Of a DNA stretch of 64,000 nucleotides, positions 37,001 through 49,421 are shown piece by piece (positions within the stretch are counted from its first letter, which is position 1; every line of letters begins with the position of its first letter). The stretch comes from Tubiluchus corallicola (taxonomy: Eukaryota > Animalia > Priapulida), in assembly GCA_030141605.1 (NCBI GenBank), contig JAQGDQ010001008.1, positions 1 to 64,000 of the forward strand, read 5' to 3'. A program made the translations under genes and the position numbers. Under the pieces are notes generated by a model, which was not told the DNA's origin, made no database searches, and was given only the letters and a program-made list of their open reading frames with translations.

Positions 37001-40000
37001 GTCTGAGGGATCACCTATAGATCCTATATTGATAGGCCGCTAAAACAGTCTCTAGCCTAGGACCTCATTTGCTTTGCTTTTTTGACATTAGGTTCACGTA
37101 CCTAACATTTGATAGCCTAACACGTAAATACAGTACGAGCTCTCTATCGCTTGATTGGAGCCGTAAACCTAAGCTATATCTAGTTATTTATTACAAGTGG
37201 AAAGGCTTGGGGAGGAATTTTAATGCAAAGTTTTGTAAAATGTGTCTACCCTAAAAAAATTAAGAAAGCCAGACTACAACACAGCTATGGCGTACCCTAT
37301 TTTCATTTCTATTTTCACTTGTTCTACTGTGCATGTCATACGTAAGCTCGTAAAGCTATTTATGCAAATGTTTCAGCCCCAGTGTGAGGGAAATGGCGTG
37401 TGTGAAAGTCATGTATGAGGTTGTAGTTGAACACTTTGTAGAAAACGAATAAAACACTGTACTACATATCTGCACAAAACTGAAAAGTGTTTATTAGACT
37501 GCATACACATATGTAGAATGACTGCTACACTGAACACTGAGAACAAGAGTGTCCTGCACTGAACACTGAGAGTTAGACAGTAACATGATTAGCACGACTT
37601 CTGCACTGCACTGCACTCCACTGAGAGTGTGAGTTAGACAGTAACATGATTAACACGACTTCTGCACTGCACTGAGTGTGAGTTAGACAGTAACATGATT
37701 AACACGACTTCTGCACTGCACTGAGAGTGTGAGTTAGACAGTAACATGATTAGCACGACTTTCTGCACTCCACTGAGAGTGTGAGTTAGACAGTAACATG
37801 ATTAACACGACTTCTGCACTGCACTGAGAGTGTGAGTTAGACAGTAACATGATTAACACGACTTCTGCACTGCACTGAGAGTGTGAGTTAGACAGTAACA
37901 TGATTAACACGACTTCTGCACTCCACTGAGAGTGTGAGTTAGACAGTAACATGATTAACACGACTTCTGCACTCCACTGAGAGTGTGAGTTAGACAGTAA
38001 CATGATTAACACGACTTCTGCACTCCACTGAGAGTGTGAGTTAGACAGTAACATGATTAACACGACTTCTGCACTCCACTGAGAGTGTGAGTTAGACAGT
38101 AACATGATTAACACGACTTCTGCACTCCACTGAGAGTGTGAGTTAGACAGTAACATGATTAACACGACTTCTGCACTCCACTGAGAGTGTGAGTTAGACA
38201 GTAACATGATTAACACGACTTCTGCACTCCACTGAGAGTGTGAGTTAGACAGTAACATGATTAACACGACTTCTGCACTCCACTGAGAGTGTGAGTTAGA
38301 CAGTAACATGATTAACACGACTTCTGCACTGCACTGAGAGTGAGAGTTAGACAGTAACATGATTAACACGACTTCTGCACTCCACTGAGAGTGTGAGTTA
38401 GACAGTAACATGATTAACACGACTTCTGCACTGCACTGAGAGTGTGAGTTAGACAGTAACATGATTAGCACGACTTCTGCACTCCACTGAGAGTGTGAGT
38501 TAGACAGTAACATGATTAACACGACTTCTGCACTCCACTGAGAGTGTGGGTTAGACAGTAACATGATTAACACGACTTCTGCACTCCACTGAGAGTGAGA
38601 GTTAGACAGTAACATGATTAACACGACTTCTGCACTCCACTGAGAATGTGAGTTAGACAGTAACATGATTAACACGACTTCTGCACTCCACTGAGAGTGT
38701 GAGTTAGACAGTAACATGATTAACACGACTTCTGCACTCCACTGAGAGTGTGAGTTAGACAGTAACATGATTAACACGACTTCTGCACTCCACTGAGGGT
38801 GTGAGTTAGACAGGTGTGTAGCACGACTAGCATGATGTCAGATATGCATAAATGATGTGTCTATTACCACGAGGATCTACGAGTAACATGGGTAACCTTT
38901 TAGTACAAGATTCTACATCTATGACTATATGTTACATCTCCCTTTTTCACAAAGCGATTACAATCCTATTGACCTCAAAACGGAATTTAGAATGTCAACT
39001 TATAAATCTACTACATTAAACGAAAGTTAAATGTCCACTGAGAGTGTGAGTTAGACAGTAACATGATTAACACGACTTCTGCACTCCACTGAGAGTGAGA
39101 GTTAGACAGTAACATGATTAACACGACTTCTGCACTCCACTGAGAGTGTGAGTTAGACAGTAACATGATTAGCACGACTTCTGCACTCCACTGAGAGTGT
39201 GAGTTAGACAGTAACATGATTAACACGACTTCTGCACTCCACTGAGAGTGTGGGTTAGACAGTAACATGATTAACACGACTTCTGCACTCCACTGAGAGT
39301 GAGAGTTAGACAGTAACATGATTAACACGACTTCTGCACTCCACTGAGAATGTGAGTTAGACAGTAACATGATTAACACGACTTCTGCACTCCACTGAGA
39401 GTGTGAGTTAGACAGTAACATGATTAACACGACTTCTGCACTCCACTGAGAGTGTGAGTTAGACAGTAACATGATTAACACGACTTCTGCACTCCACTGA
39501 GGGTGTGAGTTAGACAGGTGTGTAGCACGACTAGCATGATGTCAGATATGCATAAATGATGTGTCTATTACCATGAGGATCTACGAGTAACATGGGTAAC
39601 CTTTTAGTACAAGGTTCTACATCTATGACTATATGTTACATCTCCCTTTTTCACAAAGCGATTACAATCCTATTGACCTCAAAATGGAATTTAGAATGTC
39701 AACTTGTAAGTCTACTACATTAAACGAAAGTTGTATGAATTACAAAACTTCAGCAAAGCTTCTTCCACAGTTTCACTACATTCAACTGCTGAATAATCTT
39801 AGATTAGTATAGGGCATAAAATAGATGGTACTTTCTAATTTACAATTCAATAGTAGCTATGATATTGAATACAAAAGTACAATTCCAGCAATACAATGGA
39901 ATGAACTTAATTTTCATTTAACTATAACTGTCAGAAGTACTCAAACAAATCATGAATGCACATCTGCTGCAAACAGTTACAAATTGAACTTTTAGACAAA

Positions 40001-43000
40001 CCAATTTAACAGCTAACTTAACTTTGTACTTCACAGTAGTTAATAAATTACAAGAACTTTGTGCTTATATATGTATCAAGTAAAATCACAATTCAAATGA
40101 AAATGTCTACAACCACTTGACTTCTTAATCAGTTAAGTGCTAATACAATATGCACAACATTTAAACTTGTGAACAGGAAAACATAAGTAACTTGCAGTTA
40201 ATAGTCAAACCTTTTTGGTGGCTTTGACACACGGCCACTTCTAGTAGTAACTACTTTTTCTTCTGGTAATTCTTTGCGGTTAGGACTTCTGGACTTCACA
40301 TTCTGAGGAACTTTCATTTCTTCAGCAACATGATTTCCATTAGACTTCTCTTCTAAATTATCAGGTGAAACATCTGGTATAGGTAAATTTTGATTATTTA
40401 TCCGAGGTATGTAAGTAGCTTTAGGAAGTTTATACTGAATCAATTGGCTTCTAGTTGGATAGGAACTAAGATGTTGTTTTCCTTCCCTGTTAGCTTGGTA
40501 AGTAGATAAATGTAGGAATTTCCGATTTCGCCGATACTTCTTGCCTTTATACTCCACAATATAAGACCTTGGAGTATTATGATGTGCTATAACTGTAGCC
40601 GGAAGCCACTGGTTATTATTAGCTCCAGGAAAGGGAGCCATGCGTACAGGATCTCCAGGAACTAAAACTGGTAAGTCCTGGCTAGCTTTCTCGTCATAGT
40701 AGAACTGTTGTCTGTTCTTTTCTTCTTCAAATTTTCTTTGAATATCTCTCACATCATAGATCTGAGGTTTTAGCAATTCAACTGATGTGGGTATTTTAGT
40801 TCTCAGCCTCCTAGACATTAGTAGTTGAGACGGAGACAAACCACAGCTTAAAGGTGTAGTACGGTAATCAAGCAGAGCATACTGTTTATCCTCGCATTTC
40901 TTCCATAACCTTTTGACAATTTGCACTCCTCTTTCTGACTGTCCATTTGACTGAGGATACATTGGCGAAGAAGTCACATGTCTGATACCATACTCTTCAC
41001 AAAACTTATCAAACTCATCAGAACTATACTGTGGTCTATTATCTGTTTTTATGACTTCAGGTATTCCATGTCTGCAAATCTGATTCTTCAGCTTATCAAT
41101 AACACACGAGCTAGTCATGTCTTCCAACTGATCTACTTCAATGTATTTTGAATAATAATCCATGGTAACAATGTAGTGCTTTTTCTCCCATTCATACAAA
41201 TCAGACGCTAACTCCATCCATGGAGCTTCTGGAGTCTTAGTTGCACATATGGGCTCTTTTGTTTGATTGTTTTGATATGTGTTGCATAAATCACAGTCAC
41301 CAATCAATTCTTCAATTTGTGCCGACATGCCTGGCCAAAACAACAAATCACGTGCTTTCTTTTTACACTTCACAATTCCCATGTGAGTATTGTGCACTTG
41401 ATGCAACATGTTTTTTCTCATGCTTGGCGGAACTACAATACCTTGACCTTTGTAGACCATACCATCGTACACAGCAAGACTATCTCTGTCTTTCCAAAAA
41501 GGTCTAACTAAATGTGGAACTTCTTTACAAGTGTCTGGCCAACCATTTAATATCATTTTGTACAACTCATATAATTCATTTGCTGTTGTCTCCTGAAACT
41601 GTTTGTATCTGTCTGGTGCCACTGATATGTGCTGTACCATATTAACATACACAGTTTCTATTTCTGGAGCTACATCTGATAAGTTAGCACGACTTAGCAT
41701 ATCACCTATCACTACTTCTTTGCCTGGTTTGTACATCATTTTAATATCGTACGGCTGTAATTTCAGTAGCATAGATTGTAGTCTCATAGGTGCTGATGAT
41801 AATGGCTTGCAAAAAATAGTTTGCAATGGTTTATGATCATTTTCTACACTGATCTCTCTACCAAAAATGTAGTAGTGAAATTTGCTACAACAATGCACAA
41901 TGGACAGCATTTCTTTCTCAATCTGTGCATATCTTTGTTCTCCTTCACTCATCGTTCTAGATGTGTAGGCCACAGGTTGACCGTCTTGCAGCAGAACACC
42001 TCCAACTGCATAACTACTTACATCACATTGGATCACATGCTGCTTTTTGGGATCATACAGTGCCAACACTGGAGATTTACATGCCAGATCTTTGAGTTTC
42101 TGGAAACTTTCCATTTGAGGTTTGTCCCAGTGAAACAGAGTTTTGTCTCTAATTAGTTCCCTTAGTGGTGCATTTATTTCACTTAGTTTAGGAATAAATT
42201 TTCCTAGATACTGCATAAAACCTAGAAATCGTCGTACATCTTCCTTGCATGTGGGTGCAGGCATTTCTTGTACTGCTCTAACTTTACCTGGATCTGCTTT
42301 TACTCCTGTAGCACCAACCACATGACCGACATACTTAACTTCAGCTTTTCTATACTGGCATTTATCAAAATTTAATTTTAGATTCCATTCCACATTGCTC
42401 GATTCACTAGTTTTTTCATAGTTTGGTCATGATGTTCATTGTCTATACCAGCTACTATGACATCATCCATGATTGCACGTGCTCCATCAATATCTTCAAC
42501 CATTTTATCCATAATTCTTTGATAAATTTCCGGTGCTGACTTTATACTGAAAGGAAGCTTCAGCCATCTATATCTTCCTAATGGTGTATCATTGTGGTCA
42601 AAAGACTGGATTCATAATCCAAAGGAATTTGGAGATAGCCCGACTTTGCATCCACAACAGAGAATACTTTTGCATCGGGCATTGAAGATACTACTTCCTC
42701 TACAGTAGGAATTGGGTAATTTTCCCTTTGAATGGCTTTATTCAGATCTGAAGGATTAAGACAAATGCGAACTTTGTCATTCTTCACCACTGCTTGCATG
42801 GAACTTACCCAGTCAGTTGGCTGTGTGACTTTGGCAATATGTCCTTCTTTTTCCATTTCCTTCAGTACTTCTTTAATTTTTGGCAGTAAGTGTGCAGAAT
42901 ATCTCCTTGGACCATGCACAACAGGTTTACAATTAGGATCTATCTTTAGTGAATAAGTACCTGGTAAAGTTCCAGTAGTTTTTGTTAGTTCAGGAAACTT

Positions 43001-44502
43001 TTCTTGCATACCTTGTTGCTTAGGGTACACTTCTTGCACCTTTTTAATGCGTTCTATTAGTCCCAACTTAGCACTAGCTTTACCTGAGAAAATAGGTGTT
43101 TGGTCCATGTCAACCACATAGTACTCAATATCTACTTGCTTTTTCGTCTAACTTGTAGCCAGTTTTACACACCCTATCACATCAATTTTATGTCCAGTGT
43201 ATGATTGAAACTTTTTATTAGTCTTAACTAGATTGTTGCGACAAGTCATAGTTTTTACTAATTTCCATGGCAAAAGACACTGTGCTGCACCAGTATCTAT
43301 TTGGACTTGCACTTTACGGTTTGCTATTGTCACTGTTGCATACCAATCTTCGGTGTGTCCATCTGCACTATTAACAGTTTTAATCATTTCGAAAACATCT
43401 CCATTTGCATCACTATCTGATGAGACTATGTCTTCGACAATATTTGTGCCGTTGTTTCTACATTTGCTTGCAAAATGACCTTTCTTTTTGCATTTGCTGC
43501 AAGTCTGATGAACAGCAGGGCATTGTGATTTACAGTGTATTCCATAACCACATCGATGGCACTCGATATACGTCATAAGGTAGTTGACCTTTTCAATCTC
43601 TGTTTTCTGAGACAGTGGTCCGTTAAACGTGAAGCTACAATGCTGTTTAAACCTTTTCCATTCTTTATCCAAATTTTGTGCTCGCCAGTTCATGGACGGT
43701 TTATCGTGGTCGCCCATCTTCAAGCTCACATATAAAAAAGGTTTTTATTTTTAACCTAGGCTTTGTTTCACCTTTTTTTTAAATTTCCACTTCTGACACC
43801 ATGTCAGATATGCATAAATGATGTGTTTATTACCACGAGGATCTACGAGTAACATGGGTAACCTTTTAGTACAAGATTCTACATCTATGACTATATGTTA
43901 CACATGACTTCTGCACTGCATTGAGAGTGTGACAGTTAGACAGTGACTTGAAAGTAGAATCCAGGCAGTATCTATTGGTAGAGGTAACTATGCAAACTTA
44001 TCTTCGCAAAAACCATTACAGTAAAAATAGGGAGAGATCCAGTGAGTATGCATATTCACTGCACCGAACAATTATACTAGGGGGTGAGTTTAGCTAGTAA
44101 AATGTAAAGTGATTAGTCAATAGATGGCAGCACCTAAAAATATACAGCTACAACTTCCACAGCGTGCTTTTAGACAGATAGGTAAGAAAGGTTATCAGTG
44201 GTGATTTACTGTGATAGCCTTGAAAGACCGAAAACATCAAGTTGGAATTTTCTAAGTTAGTAGTTTTCTACTAGTTTAACCATTCAATTTTTTCCAATTT
44301 TTCAGAAACATTTGACGATTGCAAGCTACCAAAAATAGTTGGATCCTGTAAAGCTAGCATTCCGAGTTGGTACTACTCCACTGAGACGGAGAACTGCGAA
44401 GAGTTCACTTATGGAGGCTGCGGAGGAAATGCAAATAGATTTAAGTTAGAACAAGAGTGTAAAAAATTATGTATGCCAGGGGGTGGGGCACCTATAGGAT
44501 AG
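30991..44502 (+). CDS. Secreted 196-aa Kunitz-LDLa-Kunitz protease-inhibitor-like protein, 4 coding exons
   Basis: Exons 30991-31054, 31852-32025, 33318-33473, 44306-44502; all introns phase 1 GT-AG; total 591 nt ending in TAG; AATAAA near 44945. Confidence 0.82.
31130..31680 (+). mobile_element. RTE-clade LINE remnant
   Basis: ILKPVLLYGSDVWSLT...AAEMRVLRLILGITRRDR is the typical RTE post-RT segment. Confidence 0.75.
31852..32025 (+). CDS. Divergent basic Kunitz-like domain exon
   Basis: Six Cys with WYYN...C and F.....C...C Kunitz pattern; phase 1-1. Confidence 0.8.
32052..32360. repeat. Dispersed repeat; the inverted homolog is split into 37490-37580 and 43905-44160
   Basis: Direct alignment by eye of the reverse complements. 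Confidence 0.8.
32779..33115 (+). mobile_element. Possible solo LTR
   Basis: TGTTA...TAACA ends, internal TATAAAA and AATAAA; TSD imperfect. Confidence 0.45.
33318..33473 (+). CDS. LDL-receptor class A domain exon
   Basis: C....F.C...CIP...LCDG..DC.NG.DE...C pattern; phase 1-1. Confidence 0.9.
33709..34164. mobile_element. piggyBac-type non-autonomous element
   Basis: TTAA|CCCTTTCA ... TGAAAGGG|TTAA. Confidence 0.82.
34636..36408. mobile_element. Foldback-like element: TIRs with inward-facing expanded subterminal arrays (40-bp array about 34690-35620; 42-bp array about 35865-36397)
   Basis: TATA|GGTTTTACATGTCAAATGTAGAC ... GTCTACATTTGACGTGTAAAACC|TATA; both arrays are built on TCAAATGT in opposite orientation. 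Confidence 0.8.
37565..39520. repeat. 54-bp minisatellite interrupted by gypsy LTR sequence; last unit resumes at 43903
   Basis: Unit gagttagacagtaacatgattaacacgacttctgcactccactgagagtgt-like; 18-aa periodicity in the ORF track. Confidence 0.95.
38836..39030 (-). mobile_element. Third LTR copy plus about 95 bp of 3' internal sequence, within a 704-bp tandem duplication
   Basis: 38836-38936 nearly identical to the LTRs, preceded by the same CATGA flank. Confidence 0.9.
39540..43902 (-). mobile_element. Ty3/gypsy LTR retrotransposon (Mag-like), structurally complete but coding-defective
   Basis: 101-bp TG..CA LTRs at 39540-39640 and 43802-43902; CATGA target-site duplication; PBS TGGTGTCAGAAGTGG (tRNA-Leu type); PPT AAAAAGGGAGA; gag zinc knuckles, protease DTGA, RT, RNase H and integrase in gypsy order. 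Confidence 0.96.
40198..43729 (-). pseudogene. gag-pol of the gypsy element, broken by a stop and frameshifts (ORF pieces 43148-43729, 42578-43117, 40198-42393)
   Basis: CX2CX4HX4C-like knuckles, IDTGA, DAKSGYLQI, IMDD catalytic motif near 42470, RYAQIEKE, HX3H..C..C and integrase core. Confidence 0.92.
44306..44502 (+). CDS. Canonical Kunitz/BPTI domain exon, P1 Lys
   Basis: CKLPKIVGSCKASIPSWYYSTETENCEEFTYGGCGGNANRFKLEQECKKLC followed by a stop. Confidence 0.93.
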
Positions 44503-45277
44503 ACATTTGGAAGTCTGAGGTTATAGTGTATACTCTAGTCTCTAAACAAACCTTCGGTAATTATGCTTGTACTTCTATAATTTTGCAGTAACTTATTAAT
44601 CTTATTAACCATCTCATTAGTACTTCCCAGCCCAAAATTTTCTAATCTCAAAATTTTTGCCCTATAACGGTAAACTAGCTATGTGATTTTTCTAAAAAAT
44701 CCTGCTTATTTTATAAAATGTTTGTAGTGCTCGGCTTTTGCAATAGTTTTTCAATGTTTATTTTAACATCAAGATTTATGTTTTCCTTATTAACTACGGT
44801 ATCTAGCAATATCATCTTATGTCTTATTATGAATAGTGGAATTCGTCATCCTCTGCTTCACAAAATTTACATAAATCTCCTCCTTTTTCTATAGGTGCAA
44901 GGTGTATAAACTGAAATATGTAATTAATTTTGGTCAACTCTATTAATAAACAAATTGTACAACAAAAATCACTAGTTATTATGGTTTACTCATTATGAAA
45001 TCTTTCTGTAATAAATCATTATAATCGAAATTTTCCTGTTTCGCAGTTCAAGCTTCCCTAGACTTGTTACGGTGCCCATGCTTGTTAATAATGATTGTAT
45101 TCAGCAGCCGTGTACTACACGCTGTGCTGTGTAGTTCCACACAGTTCCACTGTGATTATTCGTTCCGTTGCTCAGCTTAGTCGACCCTCATTCTTAACTG
45201 TATCTGTCTGTCTGTCCGTCTGCCGCCTGTTTGCCTCGTATGTTGATCTGTGTGGTCTGGCTATTTTTCGAAGGCTG

Positions 45278-46662
45278 CTGGCTGCCTAAACTGCTATCAC
45301 ATCAGCATCCTTGGCTCTCTAAACTGCTATCACATCAGCATCCTTGGCTCTCTAAACTGCTATCACATCAGCATCATTGGCTGCCTAAACTGCTATCACA
45401 TCAGCATCATTGGCTGTCTAAACTGCTATCATGCCAGCATCCTTGGCTGTCTAAACTACTATCATGCCAGTATCCTTGGCTGCCTAAACTACTATCATGC
45501 CAGCATCCTTGGCTGTCTAAACTGCTATCATGCCAGTATCCTTGGCTGTCTAAACTACTATCATGCCAGCATCCTTGGCTGTCTAAACTGCTATCACATC
45601 AGCATCCTTGGCTCTCTAAACTGCTATCACATCAGCATCCTTGGCTCTCTAAACTGCTATCACATCAGCATCCTTGGCTCTCTAAACTGCTATCACATCA
45701 GCATCATTGGCTGTCTAAACTGCTATCACATCAGCATCCTTGGCTGCCTAAACTACTATCATGCCAGTATCCTTGGCTGCCTAAACTGCTATCACGCCAG
45801 CATCATTGGCTGCCTAAACTGCTATCACATCAGCATCCTTGGCTGTCTAAACTACTATCACATCAGCATCCTTGGCTGCCTAAACTGCTATCACTCCAGC
45901 ATCATTGGCTGCCTAAACTACTATCACGCCAGCATCATTGGCTGCCTAAACTACTATCACGCCAGCATCCTTGGCTCTCTAAACTACTATCACGCCAGCA
46001 TCCTTGGCTCTCTAAACTACTATCACGCCAGCATCCTTGGCTGTCTAAACTACTATCACGCCAGCATCCTTGGCTGCCTAAACTACTATCACATTTGCAA
46101 CGTTGGCTGCCTAAACTGCTATCACGCCCGCATCATTGGCTGCCTAAACTGCTATCACGCCCGCATCATTGGCTGCCTAAACTACTATCACGCCAGCATA
46201 CTTGGCTGTCTAAACTGCTATCACGCCAGCATCCTTGGCTGTCTAAACTGCTATCACATCTGCAACGTTGGCTGCCTAAACTGCTATCACTCCAGCATCC
46301 TTGGCTGCCTAAACTACTATCACGCCAGCATCCTTGGCTGCCTAAACTACTATCACGCCAGCATCCTTGGCTGTCTAAACTACTATCACGCCAGCATCCT
46401 TGGCTGTCTAAACTACTATCACGCCCGCATCCTTGGCTGTCTAAACTACTATCACGCCAGCATCCTTGGCTGTCTAAACTACTATCACGCCAGCATCCTT
46501 GGCTGTCTAAACTACTATCACGCCAGCATCCTTGGCTGTCTAAACTACTATCACGCCAGCATCCTTGGCTGTCTAAACTACTATCACGCCCGCATCATTG
46601 GCCGCCTAAACTGCTATCACGCCAGCATACTTGGCTGTCTAAACTGCTATCACGCCAGCACT
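45278..46662. repeat. 33-bp minisatellite, about 42 copies
   Basis: Unit ggctgtctaaactactatcacgccagcatcctt. Confidence 0.96.
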
Positions 46663-47188
46663 CTTGACTGTTGTTTATTAGCACCACTACAGCTTGCATT
46701 CCAGCAACTGTGCTAATAATTTAGCTCAAATGTCAAAAAACAAAGCGAACAATAATTCCTGTTACATAATTTAATTTCCAGTACAAACAATTCTGGATAA
46801 CAAGTATACACAAAAAAGATTTTCACTTTATCCCGCGATTTGCAAAAGGATAAATGAATGTCACCTAGCAAGTTTCAACATGTTGCTCAACATAAACTAA
46901 CAATAACATACGTTCCATTCACCATTAAAATGAATGAAAAACAACCTTTAAAATTGGCGAGTTGGCTTTCTAACTCTCAGGAGAACAAACGCCTCCATTG
47001 TTTGCCTAACAAAATCAACGTGACAAAAGCTTTATCATATAAAAACTATACAATAGCACGTATTTTCTTAGCATAACCTTTTTGTACTTTGCGGCTAAGT
47101 TTATTGTCTATAAATACACAGAATATGACGTGTGATTGTTCATGCATTGACATATTTCAAGCGTCTGGCAATTAACATAACAAGAATG

Positions 47189-47214
<26 letters not shown>

Positions 47215-47219
<5 letters not shown>

Positions 47220-47885
47220 GATAACATGGAACCAATTTTTGTTAATGTGGTCAATGTCTTGCTTAGTAGTTGTAGAGACAGATAACTTGGAACCAATTTT
47301 TGTTAATGTGGTCAATGCCTTGCTTACTAGTTGTAGACACAGATAACTTGGAACCAATTTTTGTTAATGTGGTCAATGCCTTGCTTAGTAGTTGTAGACA
47401 CAGATAACTTGGAACCAATTTTTGTTAATGTGGTCAATGCCTTGCTTAGTAGTTGTAGAGACAGATAACTTGGAACCAATTTTTGTTAATGTGGTCAATG
47501 CCTTGCTTAGTAGTTGTAAACACAGATAACTTGGAACCAATTTTTGTTAATGTGGTCAATACCTAGCTTAGTAGTTGTAGAGACAGATAACTTGGAACCA
47601 ATTTTTGTTAATGTGGTCAATGCCTTGCTTAGTAGTTGTAGACACAGATAACTTGGAACCAATTTTTGTTAATGTGGTCAATGCCTTGCTTAGTAGTTGT
47701 AGAGACAGATAACTTGGAACCAATTTTTGTTAATGTGGTCAATGCCTTGCTTAGTAGTTGTAGAGACAGATAACTTGGAACCAATTTTTGTTAATGTGGT
47801 CAATGCCTTGCTTAGTAGTTGTAGAGACAGATAACTTGGAACCAATTTTTGTTAATGTGGTCAATGCCTTGCTTAGTAGTTGTAG
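47215..47885. repeat. 61-bp minisatellite, about 11 copies
   Basis: Unit cagataacttggaaccaatttttgttaatgtggtcaatgccttgcttagtagttgtagaga. Confidence 0.95.
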
Positions 47886-49421
47886 TTTAAATCTCTCTAC
47901 GTTGTAAGCAATTGCAGGAAATTCTGAACTGAACCAAATATGTAGATGTGTTTTGTGACCATCTGATCTATTCTGCAATAAACGCTCATTTTTGCACATC
48001 TTGAAGCTAAAATAACTACACCGTGGAAAGAACAATGGTAGTCTCAACACCCCAAAAGTTTACAAAAACCATCGTATGTTTACAATATCATATGAAACGC
48101 ACGTAACCCTACGCATGATCAATTCACATTACACGGTACGAACACAATAATACGGGGAGGCGGTCACATGTGCATTTCCTAACAAAACATTTAGCAACAT
48201 TTTAATGCATTAATAATTTACTTTGAATCAATTAAAGTCAAGTTACAGATGATTCAAACAAGATCAACACCATAATATCACATTGCAACACCTTGCTTGA
48301 TTCAAACAAGATCAACACACATTGCTGAGTCAAAGCCGTTCTATTTTCTATAAATCTGCCATTTTTTTACACAAATGTACTAAAATCGTTCCCAACCCGC
48401 CCATTTCACGCATGAACGATCAGCCACCCACTGCAACCAAAGCAAAAATGTAACTCGTCGCTCCGTATAAAACTACAAAATATCATATCCAAATAACATG
48501 ACAAAACTTGTTTTGTACAAATTCTGTACAGGATGATCACACAACGCGGTAAAACGACCTGCTTTACTAGATAATAATGCATATTAAAACTATTACAAAA
48601 CGACTATCACGTCCTCGTTTGGTACGCATCACCGAGAACAAACTCGCATTAATGAAAAGAAAACCTCGGTATCAAGCGCTAGAAATCGAGTTTGCTCGCA
48701 AAAATTCTTCGCAAACGTTCATTTGTCAGTCTAGTTCTCGCAGAAAGATACCACAAGACACAGACGTCTACATATACTGGGTAATTACAATTTAAAACCT
48801 TTGGGTGTTTCATTTCAACAAACAACTACAGTATAAAACTATTAAAACATCGTATAACAATACATCACTGGTGCGAACAATACTAGCCTTGTGTATGATA
48901 CATGTTCACTGGAATTATCGAACAACCGGTAATAATAATTTACATCGGGGTTGATAAATGATCACTTCTATTTACAGCAAACCGGCACGACGGGAAACCT
49001 TCTCGCCGCATCGGACGAACTCCGCGGAACGACGCACGAGTGGCTCCGATAGCGGCATTGTTCAAACCAGCCGGTCATTGTTCAAACGTGAGCGATGATG
49101 ACGTGTCCGTTGCGTTACTATTAACACGACGGGAAACTTTCTCGCCGCATCGGATGAACTCCGCCCGGAACGACGCACGAGCGGCTCTGATAGTGGCATT
49201 GTTCAAACGTGTCGGTCATTGTTCAAACATGAGCGTTGATAATGATGATGACGTGTCGTTTGCGTTACTATCACATCGTAAATATTTCGGCAGTCTCTCG
49301 CTTCGGCAGTAGCTTCTACACGTACGTTGCGGTCGCGCGTACACACAGTCAAACTTGAAAACGCACTTTCGTTGCTCAGTAGTGTTTTGGGAGTTAGCAA
49401 GATCCATACTCGATGTAAAAT

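Noticed and set aside
32052-44160. A single giant DNA transposon that captured the LDLa exon between TIRs
   Set aside because: No target-site duplication at the outer ends and the arms are substantially diverged; two independent inverted insertions are simpler.
45231-46716. 478/488-aa repeat ORFs; similarly 16165-17157, 35892-36404, 37734-39481, 51467-51991
   Set aside because: Unit lengths divisible by 3 give open frames in several phases; no unique flanking domain or splice support.
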